Positions 17,393 to 27,000 of a stretch of DNA of 64,000 nucleotides are shown here, in pieces. Source of the stretch: a virus (taxonomy: Duplodnaviria; Caudoviricetes); the IMG/VR virus record IMGVR_UViG_3300042876_000238, positions 257 through 64,256 of that record. One strand, 5' to 3'. A program made the position numbers and the translations under genes. The notes under the pieces were generated by a model. That model made no database searches, was not told the DNA's origin, and saw only the letters and a list, made by a program, of their open reading frames with translations. The first letter of the stretch is position 1; the number at the start of each line of letters is the position of its first letter.

Positions 17393-17700
17393 CTCCCGAA
17401 GGCAAGGTCAAGAAGCGAGTGAAGCGGATGCTCGCCGTGTTCCAGCCTAAGCTGTGGGCACACTGGCCCGTGCAGGCAGGCTACGGCGCACCCACTCTCG
17501 ACTGCACCGGAGCCATCAGCGGTCATGCGTTTGCGATCGAGACTAAGGCCCCCGGCGAGCATCCGACGAAGCGTCAGCAACTGACGATCGAGGAGATGCG
17601 GGCTGCGGGCATTCAGGTATTCGTGATTGGAGAAGAGATTGTCGACGGCTATTACAGCGGGGAACTGGAGCTATGGAATTGGCTGAAAAAGCACTTGTGA
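17389..17700 (+). CDS. VRR-NUC nuclease / Holliday junction resolvase
   Basis: TPEGKVK...D...AIETKAPG..PT.RQ. Confidence 0.85.
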   Translation: MTPEGKVKKRVKRMLAVFQPKLWAHWPVQAGYGAPTLDCTGAISGHAFAIETKAPGEHPTKRQQLTIEEMRAAGIQVFVIGEEIVDGYYSGELELWNWLKKHL

Positions 17701-19235
17701 GTGCGAAGCACCGCCGCTTCGCCCTACCGTTCGATCCGGCTCTGGCGAACATGGTGCCCGGTGCGTTGAAGCACGAGGGACGAGTGATCCTTCCACACAC
17801 GATCGAGACGACCCGACTGGCCCGCAATCTCGGCCACCGCGTACCTGCCCCGATCATGTCCCAGTACGACTGGGTTGGCACGACGCCATTCAAGACGCAG
17901 CGCATCACTGCGGCGATGTTGACGATGAACCGCCGTGCCTACGTGTTGTCGGAGATGGGCACTGGCAAGACTCGCGCTTCGTGTTTCGCGTTCGACTGGC
18001 TCATGCGGGAAGAGGTGATCCGCAAGGTACTGATCGTCGCCCCGCTCTCGACTCTGTCGCTCGTCTGGGGACGAGAACTGTCGCTCTACTTCCCCCACAT
18101 CACGCACGGAATCTTGCATAACAGCGATCGCAAGAAGCGGCTCAAGGTGCTGGACACCGACTACGACTGCTACATCATCAATCACGATGGTGTGAAGACC
18201 ATCCTGCCGGAACTGAAGGCCCGTAATGACTTCGATCTCATCCTGATCGACGAGATCGCTACCTTCAGGAATGGCAGCACGGAGCGCTGGAAGGCGCTGA
18301 ATACGCTCGTTCAGGGCAAGCCGTACGCATGGGGGCTCACCGGCTCGCCCGCGCCTAACGACCCTACGGACGCTTGGGCGCAATGCCGCCTACTCACCCC
18401 GAACTCAGTGCCGAAGTTCTTCGGTCGCTTCAAACGTATGACGATGCGACAGGTGAGCCAGTTCACGTGGGTACCGCAGCCGGACGCCCTAGACAAAGTC
18501 TACGAGGCCATGCAGCCCGCGGTGCGGTTCAAGCGTGACGACTGCGTCGAACTGCCGCCCATCAGCTACGTGGGTCGCCTGACCCCCCTGTCGGCTTATC
18601 AGGAACGTGTATACAAAACCCTGATGAAGGAACTACGGGTCAGCTTCCAGAAGGGCGAGGTCACGGCTGCCAACGAAGGCGTCCTGTTCTCCAAACTCCT
18701 GCAGATAGGATCTGGGTTTGTATACACGAAGGACAAGGGGGTAATCGACCTTGACCCCAAGCCCCGGCTCGAAGAACTGATGGCCGTGATCGACCAGTCG
18801 GTCGGCAAGGTGATCGTGTTCGTGGACTTCATCCATGCAGTGCAGCATGTGACTGCTGTCCTGAAAGCCAATAAGTACTCTCCGGCACTCGTGACCGGAG
18901 AGACTGGCAAGGGAGAGCGCGACCGCATATTCGGCGCTTTCCAGAACGAAGCGAAGCCGCGTATTCTTGTCGCCCACCCCAAGTGCATGGCGCACGGACT
19001 TACCCTCACTGCCGCCAGTACGATCGTGTGGTACACACCGACGACGTCGCTGGAGACTTATGAGCAAGCGTGTGCGCGTATCACTCGGCCCGGCCAGAAG
19101 CAAAAAAGTTTGATTGTGCACTTGACTGGGACGCCAATCGAAGCGAAGCTTTACAAGAGGCTGCAGAAGAGGGCAAAGCTCCAAGGCAGTCTGCTCGAAA
19201 TGTTTGAGGAAGGAGACAAAGAATGGCAAGTGTGA
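17673..19235 (+). CDS. SNF2-family helicase
   Basis: MGTGKT, LIDE, LTGSP, HGLTLT, Q...RI.RPGQ. Confidence 0.93.
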   Translation: MELAEKALVSAKHRRFALPFDPALANMVPGALKHEGRVILPHTIETTRLARNLGHRVPAPIMSQYDWVGTTPFKTQRITAAMLTMNRRAYVLSEMGTGKTRASCFAFDWLMREEVIRKVLIVAPLSTLSLVWGRELSLYFPHITHGILHNSDRKKRLKVLDTDYDCYIINHDGVKTILPELKARNDFDLILIDEIATFRNGSTERWKALNTLVQGKPYAWGLTGSPAPNDPTDAWAQCRLLTPNSVPKFFGRFKRMTMRQVSQFTWVPQPDALDKVYEAMQPAVRFKRDDCVELPPISYVGRLTPLSAYQERVYKTLMKELRVSFQKGEVTAANEGVLFSKLLQIGSGFVYTKDKGVIDLDPKPRLEELMAVIDQSVGKVIVFVDFIHAVQHVTAVLKANKYSPALVTGETGKGERDRIFGAFQNEAKPRILVAHPKCMAHGLTLTAASTIVWYTPTTSLETYEQACARITRPGQKQKSLIVHLTGTPIEAKLYKRLQKRAKLQGSLLEMFEEGDKEWQV

Positions 19236-19609
19236 CTATTGCTGAGAAAGTCAAACAGTACATTCGACTGCGGGACCACAAGCGTGCCGCCGACGAAGAG
19301 TTCAAGAAGTCGATGGAGCGGGTCAACCAAGCCATGAAGGTGTTGGAGTCCGAACTCCACGAAGAACTGATCAAGACCGGGGCCGATCACATTGGTTGCG
19401 AGACCGGTACGGTCTACCTGAAGGAGGAACTCTCCTGCACGGTCGAAGACCGCGACGCGTACTTGGAGTATTGCGTCAATCACGAAGAATGGGACGCGCT
19501 CGACGTAAAGGCCAACAAGACCTTTGTGCGCGAGCTAATGAACAAGGGCGAAACGCTCCCGCCCGGCGTCAAGGTGAGCACGTTTCAGACAGTTGGGATT
19601 CGGAGGTAA
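19223..19609 (+). CDS. Conserved phage replication-module protein
   Basis: AAGGAG RBS; coiled coil and C-terminal PPGV motif. Confidence 0.75.
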   Translation: MASVTIAEKVKQYIRLRDHKRAADEEFKKSMERVNQAMKVLESELHEELIKTGADHIGCETGTVYLKEELSCTVEDRDAYLEYCVNHEEWDALDVKANKTFVRELMNKGETLPPGVKVSTFQTVGIRR

Positions 19610-19614
19610 CTAGA

Positions 19615-20742
19615 ATGGGCAACATCGTGAAGGTGCAGGCTTCGCAGCTTCCTGCTGCGTTCGCACCGTTTGTGGGGAAGACGGCGAACAAGGAACTCAC
19701 CGATGGCGTGACTTCCGGATTCCCGATCATCTCGTTCCGCGGCAAGGTCTGGCGGGTCCGCAAGAGCGGCACCGAGGAGAACTACGTCAACGACGAAGGC
19801 GAGGCGATGCCGTCGATCGAACTCGTCCTCATCCGCGCCAACCCGCACCCGGCGAAGACGTTCTACGACTCGGCGTTCGAGGAAGGTTCCAACGAGCCGC
19901 CGCGCTGCTTCTCGGCCGACGGCATCAAGCCGGATGCTTCCGTGCAGGAGCCGATCTCGCGCACCTGCGCTGCCTGCCCGAAGAACGTGTGGGGCTCGAA
20001 GCTCACGCCGTCCGGGGCGAAGAGCCGCGCGTGCTCCGACGTCCGCCGCATGGCGGTGGTTTTCGCACACGAGTTGGAGGAGAAGGGCAAGGAGGCGACG
20101 CTGCTCCTGCTGCGCGTGCCGCCCGCCTCCCTCAACCCGCTGAAGGACTATGCCGAGAAGATGCTGGAGCCCCGCGGGCTGCAGTACTTCATGCTGGTGA
20201 CAAAGGTCGGCTTCGATGCCAACGTCGCGCATCCGAAGCTCACGTTCAAGCCGAAGCGTCTCCTCAACGAAGAGGAAGCGGAGGCAGTGGTTGCACTGCG
20301 GGACAGCGAGGACGCTCGCCGTATTCTCGCGGAGGCAGCGGAGTTCGAGGCGGCGGGATCTACCGAGGGAAGCGAGGCATCCGCAACGTCGGATGAAGCG
20401 ACCCCGGCTCCCGCCGCTTCGAGCCCGTCTCGCAAGCCGAAGACGCGCCCGGCTGAGGAAGAGGACTTCGAGGACGAGCCCGCGCCGCCCAAGAAGGCCA
20501 AGCCCGCCCCGGCTCCCGCTGCGGACGATGACGACGACGAGCCCCCGGCTCCCAAGCCGAAGGGCAAGAAGGCGAAGCCCGCCCCGGCACCCGCCGCGGA
20601 CGATGACGACGATGACGGCGCAATCCCCGCGCCTAAGCCCGCCAAGGCAGCCAAGGCTGCGCCGCCCCCGGCCGCGGCGGACGACGACGAGGACAGCTTC
20701 GAGGGCATGCTGGACGCGATCCTGAAGCCCGTGAAGGGCTGA
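19615..20742 (+). CDS. Putative single-stranded DNA-binding/annealing protein with Pro/Ala/Asp-rich tail
   Basis: GGAGG RBS; CxxC...C core; acidic low-complexity C-terminus; location between helicase and primase. Confidence 0.65.
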   Translation: MGNIVKVQASQLPAAFAPFVGKTANKELTDGVTSGFPIISFRGKVWRVRKSGTEENYVNDEGEAMPSIELVLIRANPHPAKTFYDSAFEEGSNEPPRCFSADGIKPDASVQEPISRTCAACPKNVWGSKLTPSGAKSRACSDVRRMAVVFAHELEEKGKEATLLLLRVPPASLNPLKDYAEKMLEPRGLQYFMLVTKVGFDANVAHPKLTFKPKRLLNEEEAEAVVALRDSEDARRILAEAAEFEAAGSTEGSEASATSDEATPAPAASSPSRKPKTRPAEEEDFEDEPAPPKKAKPAPAPAADDDDDEPPAPKPKGKKAKPAPAPAADDDDDDGAIPAPKPAKAAKAAPPPAAADDDEDSFEGMLDAILKPVKG

Positions 20743-20756
20743 CGGTCTGGTGAGTC

Positions 20757-20789
20757 GAGCCCGGCGGGGTTGCAGCCCTGCCGGGCTCT
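20757..20789 (+). other. Intergenic hairpin upstream of primase
   Basis: GAGCCCGGCGGGG/CCCTGCCGGGCTC, no U tract. Confidence 0.55.
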
Positions 20790-20804
20790 GTCGCGGGGAC
20801 GGGA

Positions 20805-23693
20805 ATGGATCTATTACACTTTCTGAACACGATCGTCCCAAGCGGTCGGGTTGTGGTGGGGCGACGGGTGGAGCGCCGGGACGCGCCCGGCGAGTACACT
20901 ATTGCCCACACGTGTTACAAGCTTCATTCGGAGGCTGCCGCGGCAATCGAGCGGATGGCCGCTGGGCAGGAGGACGTCTATTACGCCCTCGCCACCTATC
21001 AGCAGGGGTTCCACCAGAACCCCAAGACCGGCAAGAAGCAGATTCGCGTCCGGGACAACGTCGAGGCGCTGAAGGCCCTCTGGTTCGATATCGACTTCAA
21101 AGGCGCGTATCCCGACGCCAAGACCGCGGTGCTGGCGCTGCGTGCGTTTGCGCAGGCCACGACGCTGCCTCCTCCAGCCACGCTGGTGGGCTCTGGGAAC
21201 GGTCTGCACGCCTACTGGCCGATGACCGAGGCTGTGCCGCCCGATCGCTGGCAGCGCCTCGCAGACGCGCTTAAGAGCGCCGCCAAGGACAAGGGGCTGG
21301 CGGTCGATCTGGTCTGCACCGGCGACTCCTGCCGGGTCCTCCGGCCGCCGGGCACCTTCAACTGGAAGGACCCCGCCAACCCGAAGCCGGTAGAGATTCT
21401 GTACACGAGTGGGAAGACTTTTGAGTACGAGCGGCTGGAGGCCGCCCTCATGCCGTGGATGCCCTCCCGGCGTCCTACCCCCCGTCTCTCCACACCTGTT
21501 ACGGGAGCGAACTCCGACCTGACCGGCGGGCTGGCCCCGCGGGAGGTCGTCGCCACTCGGTTCGACGAGATCGTCAAGCACTGCGGCGTCATGCGCCATA
21601 TCGCCGAGGTGCACGGCAAGGACTCCCTAGAGCCTGAATGGAAAGACACCCTGCAGTTGCTGAAGCACTGCGAGGATGGCGAACTCTGGGTGCATGCGGT
21701 ATCAGACGGACACCCCGGCTACAGGCCAGACGCCACTGACAGGAAGTGGCAGCAGCGCCTCGCGAACACCGCCGGGCCAACCCTGTGCAGCACGTTCGAG
21801 GGCTATCGCCCGGCACTCTGCTTGAAGTGTCCGCACAACGGCTTCGTGAAGACGCCTGCGCAGCTTGGCGTCGAGGGCGTTCAAGCGGTCGACGGCCTGC
21901 CGAACGGCTGGCGTGTCGCCGAGAAGAAGTCCGGCGTCGAGCGCCTCATGATCGTCGATCAGGGAGAAGGCAAGACGGAGAAGGAGTGGGTCCGCGTCCT
22001 GCGTTACATCCCTGCCAACCTGCGGGTGACGCGCTCGATCGTGAGCGGGCGTTACGAACTGATGTTCGACGTCGAGATGCAGAACTCGAAGGCTTGGTCG
22101 GTCTCCATCCCCGGCGGCACGCTGGGCAATGTGCGCAAGCTGTGCGAGACCTTGGCAGACTCCGGACTCGTGTTCAAAGGGCGTGAGCCAAAGGACTTCG
22201 TGGATCTTATGGCTTCGTGGCTACAGAAAATTCAGGCGGCGCGTCGCGTCGCAGACGTAACCGAGCAGCTTGGCTGGCTGGCAGACGGCGAGAAGGTCGT
22301 GGGATTTTCCACGGGACCGACGACGTTCTATACCGATGGCCGTGTTCGTAACGACGTTCGCGCAGCGCGCGAGTTCGTGGCGATCAGTCGCTTCTATGAG
22401 GCGCGTGGAGGTATAGAGCCGTGGAAAAAAGTGGCGAGTTTTATTGCCGAGCAGAACAACCCAGCCTTTACAGCGATTCTTGCGTCCGCTTTTGGGTCGC
22501 CACTGTTAAAGTTCACGGGGTTGAGCGGCGGGATTCTGGCAATCGTTTCTACTGCCAGCGGTGTAGGAAAATCTTCAGCTTTGAAGACAAGTCAAGCCGT
22601 GTGGGGCAGCCCGACGCACGGGGTGAATGCGGTTGACGACACACCGAAGTCGGTGGCCCGCAAGCTGGGGTTCCTCAATAACCTGCCAGCCTTCTGGGAC
22701 GAACTTCGCGGACGCAAGACGGTCGAGGACTTCCTGACACTCGCGTTCCAGATCACGCAGGGCAAGGAGAAGTCGCGGCTCGATTCGAGCGCGCAGCTTC
22801 GCGAGTCGGCCACGTGGGAGACGATGTTGATCGTCGCCTCGAACGAATCGATCTTCGATGCGATGGGTCGCGGCACGGCGGGCTCAGACGCCGGTGTGGT
22901 CCGCACCTTCGAGATCTTCGTCGAACCGTTCAAGAGTGAGCGCAACCGCGCCGAGATATCACTGCTGTTCGAGCAGTTGAACCAGAACTACGGGCACGCT
23001 GGCCGTGTGTACGCTCAGTACCTCGCCACGCACTACACGGAAGTCTCGACACGCGTGCAGGATGTCTTCAAGCAGCTTGCGATGGTCGGCAAGATGGAGG
23101 CGCAAGAGCGCTTTTGGTTTGCGATCATGGCCTCACTCGTGGTGGGAGCGGAGATCGCCGACAAGCTCGACCTCGTCAAGATCGATCGCCGCAAGCTCCT
23201 CGCCTTCCTGATGTCCACCCTCAACCGGCTGCGCGGGCGCTCAGGCGAAACGCTGCACGCGACGGAACCGGCAGAAGTGGCGGCGGCGTTCATGCAGGCG
23301 TATCAGGATCGCGGCCTGACGGTGGATCGGTTTCCGCAGCCGCGGCAGAACACCGCGACGTATCTGCCGCAGATCCTTGGCGGCTCGCCGAAGGCCGACA
23401 AGATTGCGTATCACGTGAGCCAAGAAGAGCGGCTGCTCCGCGTCCCGGTCAACGAGTTCATGCGGTGGATCGACCACCGCGGCTTGCCGCCGTTCACGAT
23501 CATGAAGCGGCTGAAGGACGATGCTGGCGTGAAGACGTTACGCTGCAGGCTGGGCATCGGCACGAAGTGGGAACTCCCTGCGCAACGCTGCCTGCAGTTC
23601 TCCCTCGATGCCGTGGAAGCGGCTAAATCGGGCGATTCTTCGCGTCCCGCCGATAGCCCCGATTCACTCCCCGAGGCTGGACCCGCAGATTAG
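20805..23693 (+). CDS. Primase (AEP/RepB-like) fused to DUF927 helicase
   Basis: WFDID, SGNGLHAYW, RVLRPPGT.N.K; Cys cluster; Walker A SGVGKSS, WDE. Confidence 0.9.
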   Translation: MDLLHFLNTIVPSGRVVVGRRVERRDAPGEYTIAHTCYKLHSEAAAAIERMAAGQEDVYYALATYQQGFHQNPKTGKKQIRVRDNVEALKALWFDIDFKGAYPDAKTAVLALRAFAQATTLPPPATLVGSGNGLHAYWPMTEAVPPDRWQRLADALKSAAKDKGLAVDLVCTGDSCRVLRPPGTFNWKDPANPKPVEILYTSGKTFEYERLEAALMPWMPSRRPTPRLSTPVTGANSDLTGGLAPREVVATRFDEIVKHCGVMRHIAEVHGKDSLEPEWKDTLQLLKHCEDGELWVHAVSDGHPGYRPDATDRKWQQRLANTAGPTLCSTFEGYRPALCLKCPHNGFVKTPAQLGVEGVQAVDGLPNGWRVAEKKSGVERLMIVDQGEGKTEKEWVRVLRYIPANLRVTRSIVSGRYELMFDVEMQNSKAWSVSIPGGTLGNVRKLCETLADSGLVFKGREPKDFVDLMASWLQKIQAARRVADVTEQLGWLADGEKVVGFSTGPTTFYTDGRVRNDVRAAREFVAISRFYEARGGIEPWKKVASFIAEQNNPAFTAILASAFGSPLLKFTGLSGGILAIVSTASGVGKSSALKTSQAVWGSPTHGVNAVDDTPKSVARKLGFLNNLPAFWDELRGRKTVEDFLTLAFQITQGKEKSRLDSSAQLRESATWETMLIVASNESIFDAMGRGTAGSDAGVVRTFEIFVEPFKSERNRAEISLLFEQLNQNYGHAGRVYAQYLATHYTEVSTRVQDVFKQLAMVGKMEAQERFWFAIMASLVVGAEIADKLDLVKIDRRKLLAFLMSTLNRLRGRSGETLHATEPAEVAAAFMQAYQDRGLTVDRFPQPRQNTATYLPQILGGSPKADKIAYHVSQEERLLRVPVNEFMRWIDHRGLPPFTIMKRLKDDAGVKTLRCRLGIGTKWELPAQRCLQFSLDAVEAAKSGDSSRPADSPDSLPEAGPAD

Positions 23694-23880
23694 AGTCGTC
23701 GTTCGAGCCGCCGCGCGACAGCGGCTTCTTGTGGTCGATGTCCTTGCCGTCGCCCTTGCGAACCAGCCCCTTCTTCTCGAACTCGGAGCGAGCCGCGTTG
23801 CGCATGGCCCGCTCCTTCTTCGCTTTCGGAGAAGCGTGGTACCGCTCGTAGTATTCCTTCGTCGATTCGCGTGTCGCCAT
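23623..23880 (-). CDS. HNH endonuclease
   Basis: DIDHKKPLSRGGSN..SNLR......NR. Confidence 0.85.
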   Translation of the reverse strand: MATRESTKEYYERYHASPKAKKERAMRNAARSEFEKKGLVRKGDGKDIDHKKPLSRGGSNDDSNLRVQPRGVNRGYRRDAKNRPI

Positions 23881-23889
23881 TGTCATCCC

Positions 23890-24093
23890 CTAGTGGACCG
23901 TGTACCCGTACTGGGCAAGTTCGCACATGGCATCCCACGCCCGCTGCGTGCAGCGAAGTGTCTCCATGCGCAGTGAAAGTTCCGGATGTCGTTTCAGGTA
24001 TTTCTCGACGATCGCTTTGTTGGTGGCGTAGTACCTTGGCTCGCCTGTGCTGGACTCGACGACGTAGAGTTCAAGCTCGTGCTCATTCGTCAT
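23890..24093 (-). CDS. Hypothetical protein
   Basis: GGAG RBS; overlaps end of the giant gene. Confidence 0.55.
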   Translation of the reverse strand: MTNEHELELYVVESSTGEPRYYATNKAIVEKYLKRHPELSLRMETLRCTQRAWDAMCELAQYGYTVH

Positions 24094-27000
24094 ACTCGTA
24101 CGGATCTCCCTCTTCAGCGAGGAGGACGTTACGACCCCTGAGATCTGCGCCGAACTCCGCGATGCGCGCGTTGCGATCATAGCGGCGGCGCATGTACTTG
24201 AGGATATCCGAACGCGTGACGGGATTGGTAGCCGACTTGGAAAACTCGCGGATGGCTTCGAGCGCCTCCGCCCTTTCGGCGTCGGAGTCCGCGTTCACGA
24301 ACCGGCGCATGAGCTTCGCACGCTTGGCTTTCTGGACGTCTTCCCGGACACGGATCGCCTCACCCTTGGCAAACGACTCCGAGGCCCGCATGGTGCCGAA
24401 GCCGAGCCCCTGCCGGACGGTGTCGCCGAAGGTGATCTTGTCCGGACTCACGTAGACAGTACCGTCACGGCCCGTGATACCTTCGTCGGCCATCCGCGCA
24501 GCCTTGAATACGTCCTTGACGAACTTGGGCGTGATGGCCTCGACCGCCTTCGACACATCGCCCTCAGCGAGGTACTTAGGCGCGTTGAGTGCCGTCATGC
24601 CGATGTTCAGCGCCGGGCCGCCGAACGAGGCCACGAGGGAGCCCAGCAGCGACTCGGTGTTCTCCGCGTTCAGGTCGAGGAAGTACAGCGTGCCGAGGGA
24701 CATGCGTGTGGAGAGATCGACTCCCAACATTGCACCGACAGGCCCCTTACTGACTGCGCGGCCGAGGTCGTCTCCCAACGCGTTGTAGGCGAACTCGCGG
24801 ACGGAGCGGTCGTACTTCGCGCCGGAGATGACGTCCTGTGCACGGTCGTCTTCGTCATCGAGTCCCGCGATGATCATGCCGAGCGCCCACTTGAACGGCT
24901 GCAGCGTCCAGCCGAGGATGCCGCCGACGGCAAGGTGAGTGGCAGAGATGCCGCCCAGAATCTTCAGGGCCTCCCTGCGCTCAGTCGGGTTGCGCAGCGC
25001 CCGGAACACCTGCCGGATCATCAGCGCGTACATATGCTGCGGGTACTTCATGAACTGGAACAGCAGCGGACCCGCCTTACCCAGCGGTCCGCCCTGCTGG
25101 AACAGCCGCGGCGCGTTGGCACCGGAGTAGTTGAACTGCGTGCGCTCGACCGCGCCTTCGGCTTCCTTGATTGCCTGCTCGTGCGTGAGGCCGCGATCGA
25201 GTGCGAGGTCGTACGCCGCCACCGCCGTGAGGATGCGGTTATTCACTTCGGTCAGGTGCGACATGATGCGCGAGGCATCGAGGGTACGCTGCCACTTCGT
25301 GTTGACGTTGCTGCCGTCGGCGATCTGCCGCAGTTCCGCAACGAGCGACAGGTCGATGATCGACTGCCGCTGCAGCTTCGTCAGCATGTCGAGGTAGTCG
25401 TTGCTCCGTGCACCGCCGTTGCGCCGGATCGTGTCCTTGACGTCGTCGAGGACGGAGAACGCATTCTCGGCCGCGGCCTTGCTGCCGAGGGCCTTGAGGC
25501 CCAGCCACGACGCCTTCGCTTCGTCCTTAATAGGCTTGAAGATCAGCGACTGTGCGCGACTGAGGGCCTTGGCTGCGTTCGCCTGCCCGTATTTCGCGCC
25601 GAGGTACGGCAGCGTCACCATCCACGGCTGCGTCAGGTTGATCGCCCAGTAAGAGACCGACGTCAGCAGCATGAACTGCGTGATCTCGTTGGCCTTCATC
25701 ACGCCCGGCGACATTTCCTCCGGGTCGATCGACATGTCGTCGCGCAACTTGATCTCGCGCGCCACCTGTCCTGCACGCACGCCGCGCTGCTCCGCAAGGT
25801 TCTTGATGTCGGCCCGAGCGTCCGCCATCTTCCAGCCATAGCGAAGCTGCGACATGTAGTACGCCGCGGCCTTGGAGTAGGATGCGAACGTGCGGTGCTG
25901 CTCCGTCTCAGGGAACCCGCGCGTGTTCTTGCGGCGGGCTTCGCGCTTGCGGAACGAGGTGTCGGCGAGCGAGGCAAGGTAGAAGTTCTTGATCGCCGCC
26001 TGTGCCGCCGCGTTGCCTTCCAGCCGGTCGAGGATGCTGCGCAGTCCACGCGTGCCAGCAATCGCCGCGCCGTCAGTGAACGCGTCACGCTTGATGTTGA
26101 CCGGGCGCGCACCCTGCTCCGTGGCAGGGTCGAACTTACCGTAGAGGGCGACCATCTCGTCGTACGCACGCTGGGCTTCCGACGGCGTCTCGGCCATGCG
26201 GAACTCGACTTCCCAAACTTCGAGCGACAGGTTGTCGCTACCACGCTTGAACTGCAGCGTCGGGTCGTCACTCAGCAGCGCCTCACGGTACGCGTTGAGT
26301 TCCTTGGTCGTACCGAAGGTCTTCGTCTCCCTGAGCTTCTCTGCGTACACGGCGTACTTGCCAAAACGCTGCACGGGGAAGTACGGGCCGTCGGACATCG
26401 TCCGCAGTGCGCCGAGTCGCGCCATGCTGGCGACGGCATTCTGGGTCAGGGCTCCCTCTTCGATCAGGCTGGCGAACTCCTTTTCCAGTCCCTTCTTCGT
26501 ATTGAGGCCCTTCTTCAGTACGTTGTCTTCGTTGTACTTGGCCTCGAATTCGGCGAGCTTCATCGGCGCGTTCTTGCCGATCGTGAGGTAAGCACGCAGT
26601 GCGTTCAGCACGGCCAGCGCCTGCTGCTTCTCGTGCGTCTCGGCGTAATACTTCTTGACCGCCTGATAGTGGTCTTTCCACTCCTGCGGCAAGGCGGCAT
26701 ACGCCCTCGACAGTTCGGCGTGCTTCGCGCGCTTGCCGTCGGTCTTGATGTGCTCGTTGTTGGCGTGCGAGAGCGGGACGTCCGGGTGCACGCCGTGCAC
26801 CGTCGCCTGCGTCATGATGCGCGAGGTGTTCGCCTCGTTGTCGCGATCCTTCTCCTTAAGCGTCGACCAGACCCGCGAGCGGCGATCGACTTCCTCCATG
26901 TTCGCTGAGTTGTCGGCGTTACGGGCCGCGAACGCCCGATACCAGTTACTCAGCGGGTTGCCGGTCTCCGTCTCGAACAGCTTCTTGAACGAGTCTTCGA

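Noticed and set aside
20813-20819. ATTACAC half-site at primase start (and TTACCGGTGTAC near 43725)
   Set aside because: Only partial matches, compatible with chance.
8721-26908. Long antisense ORFs (e.g. 8721..10748, 14023..15561, 24935..26908)
   Set aside because: Shadow ORFs produced by high-GC codon bias opposite genes with clear motifs.
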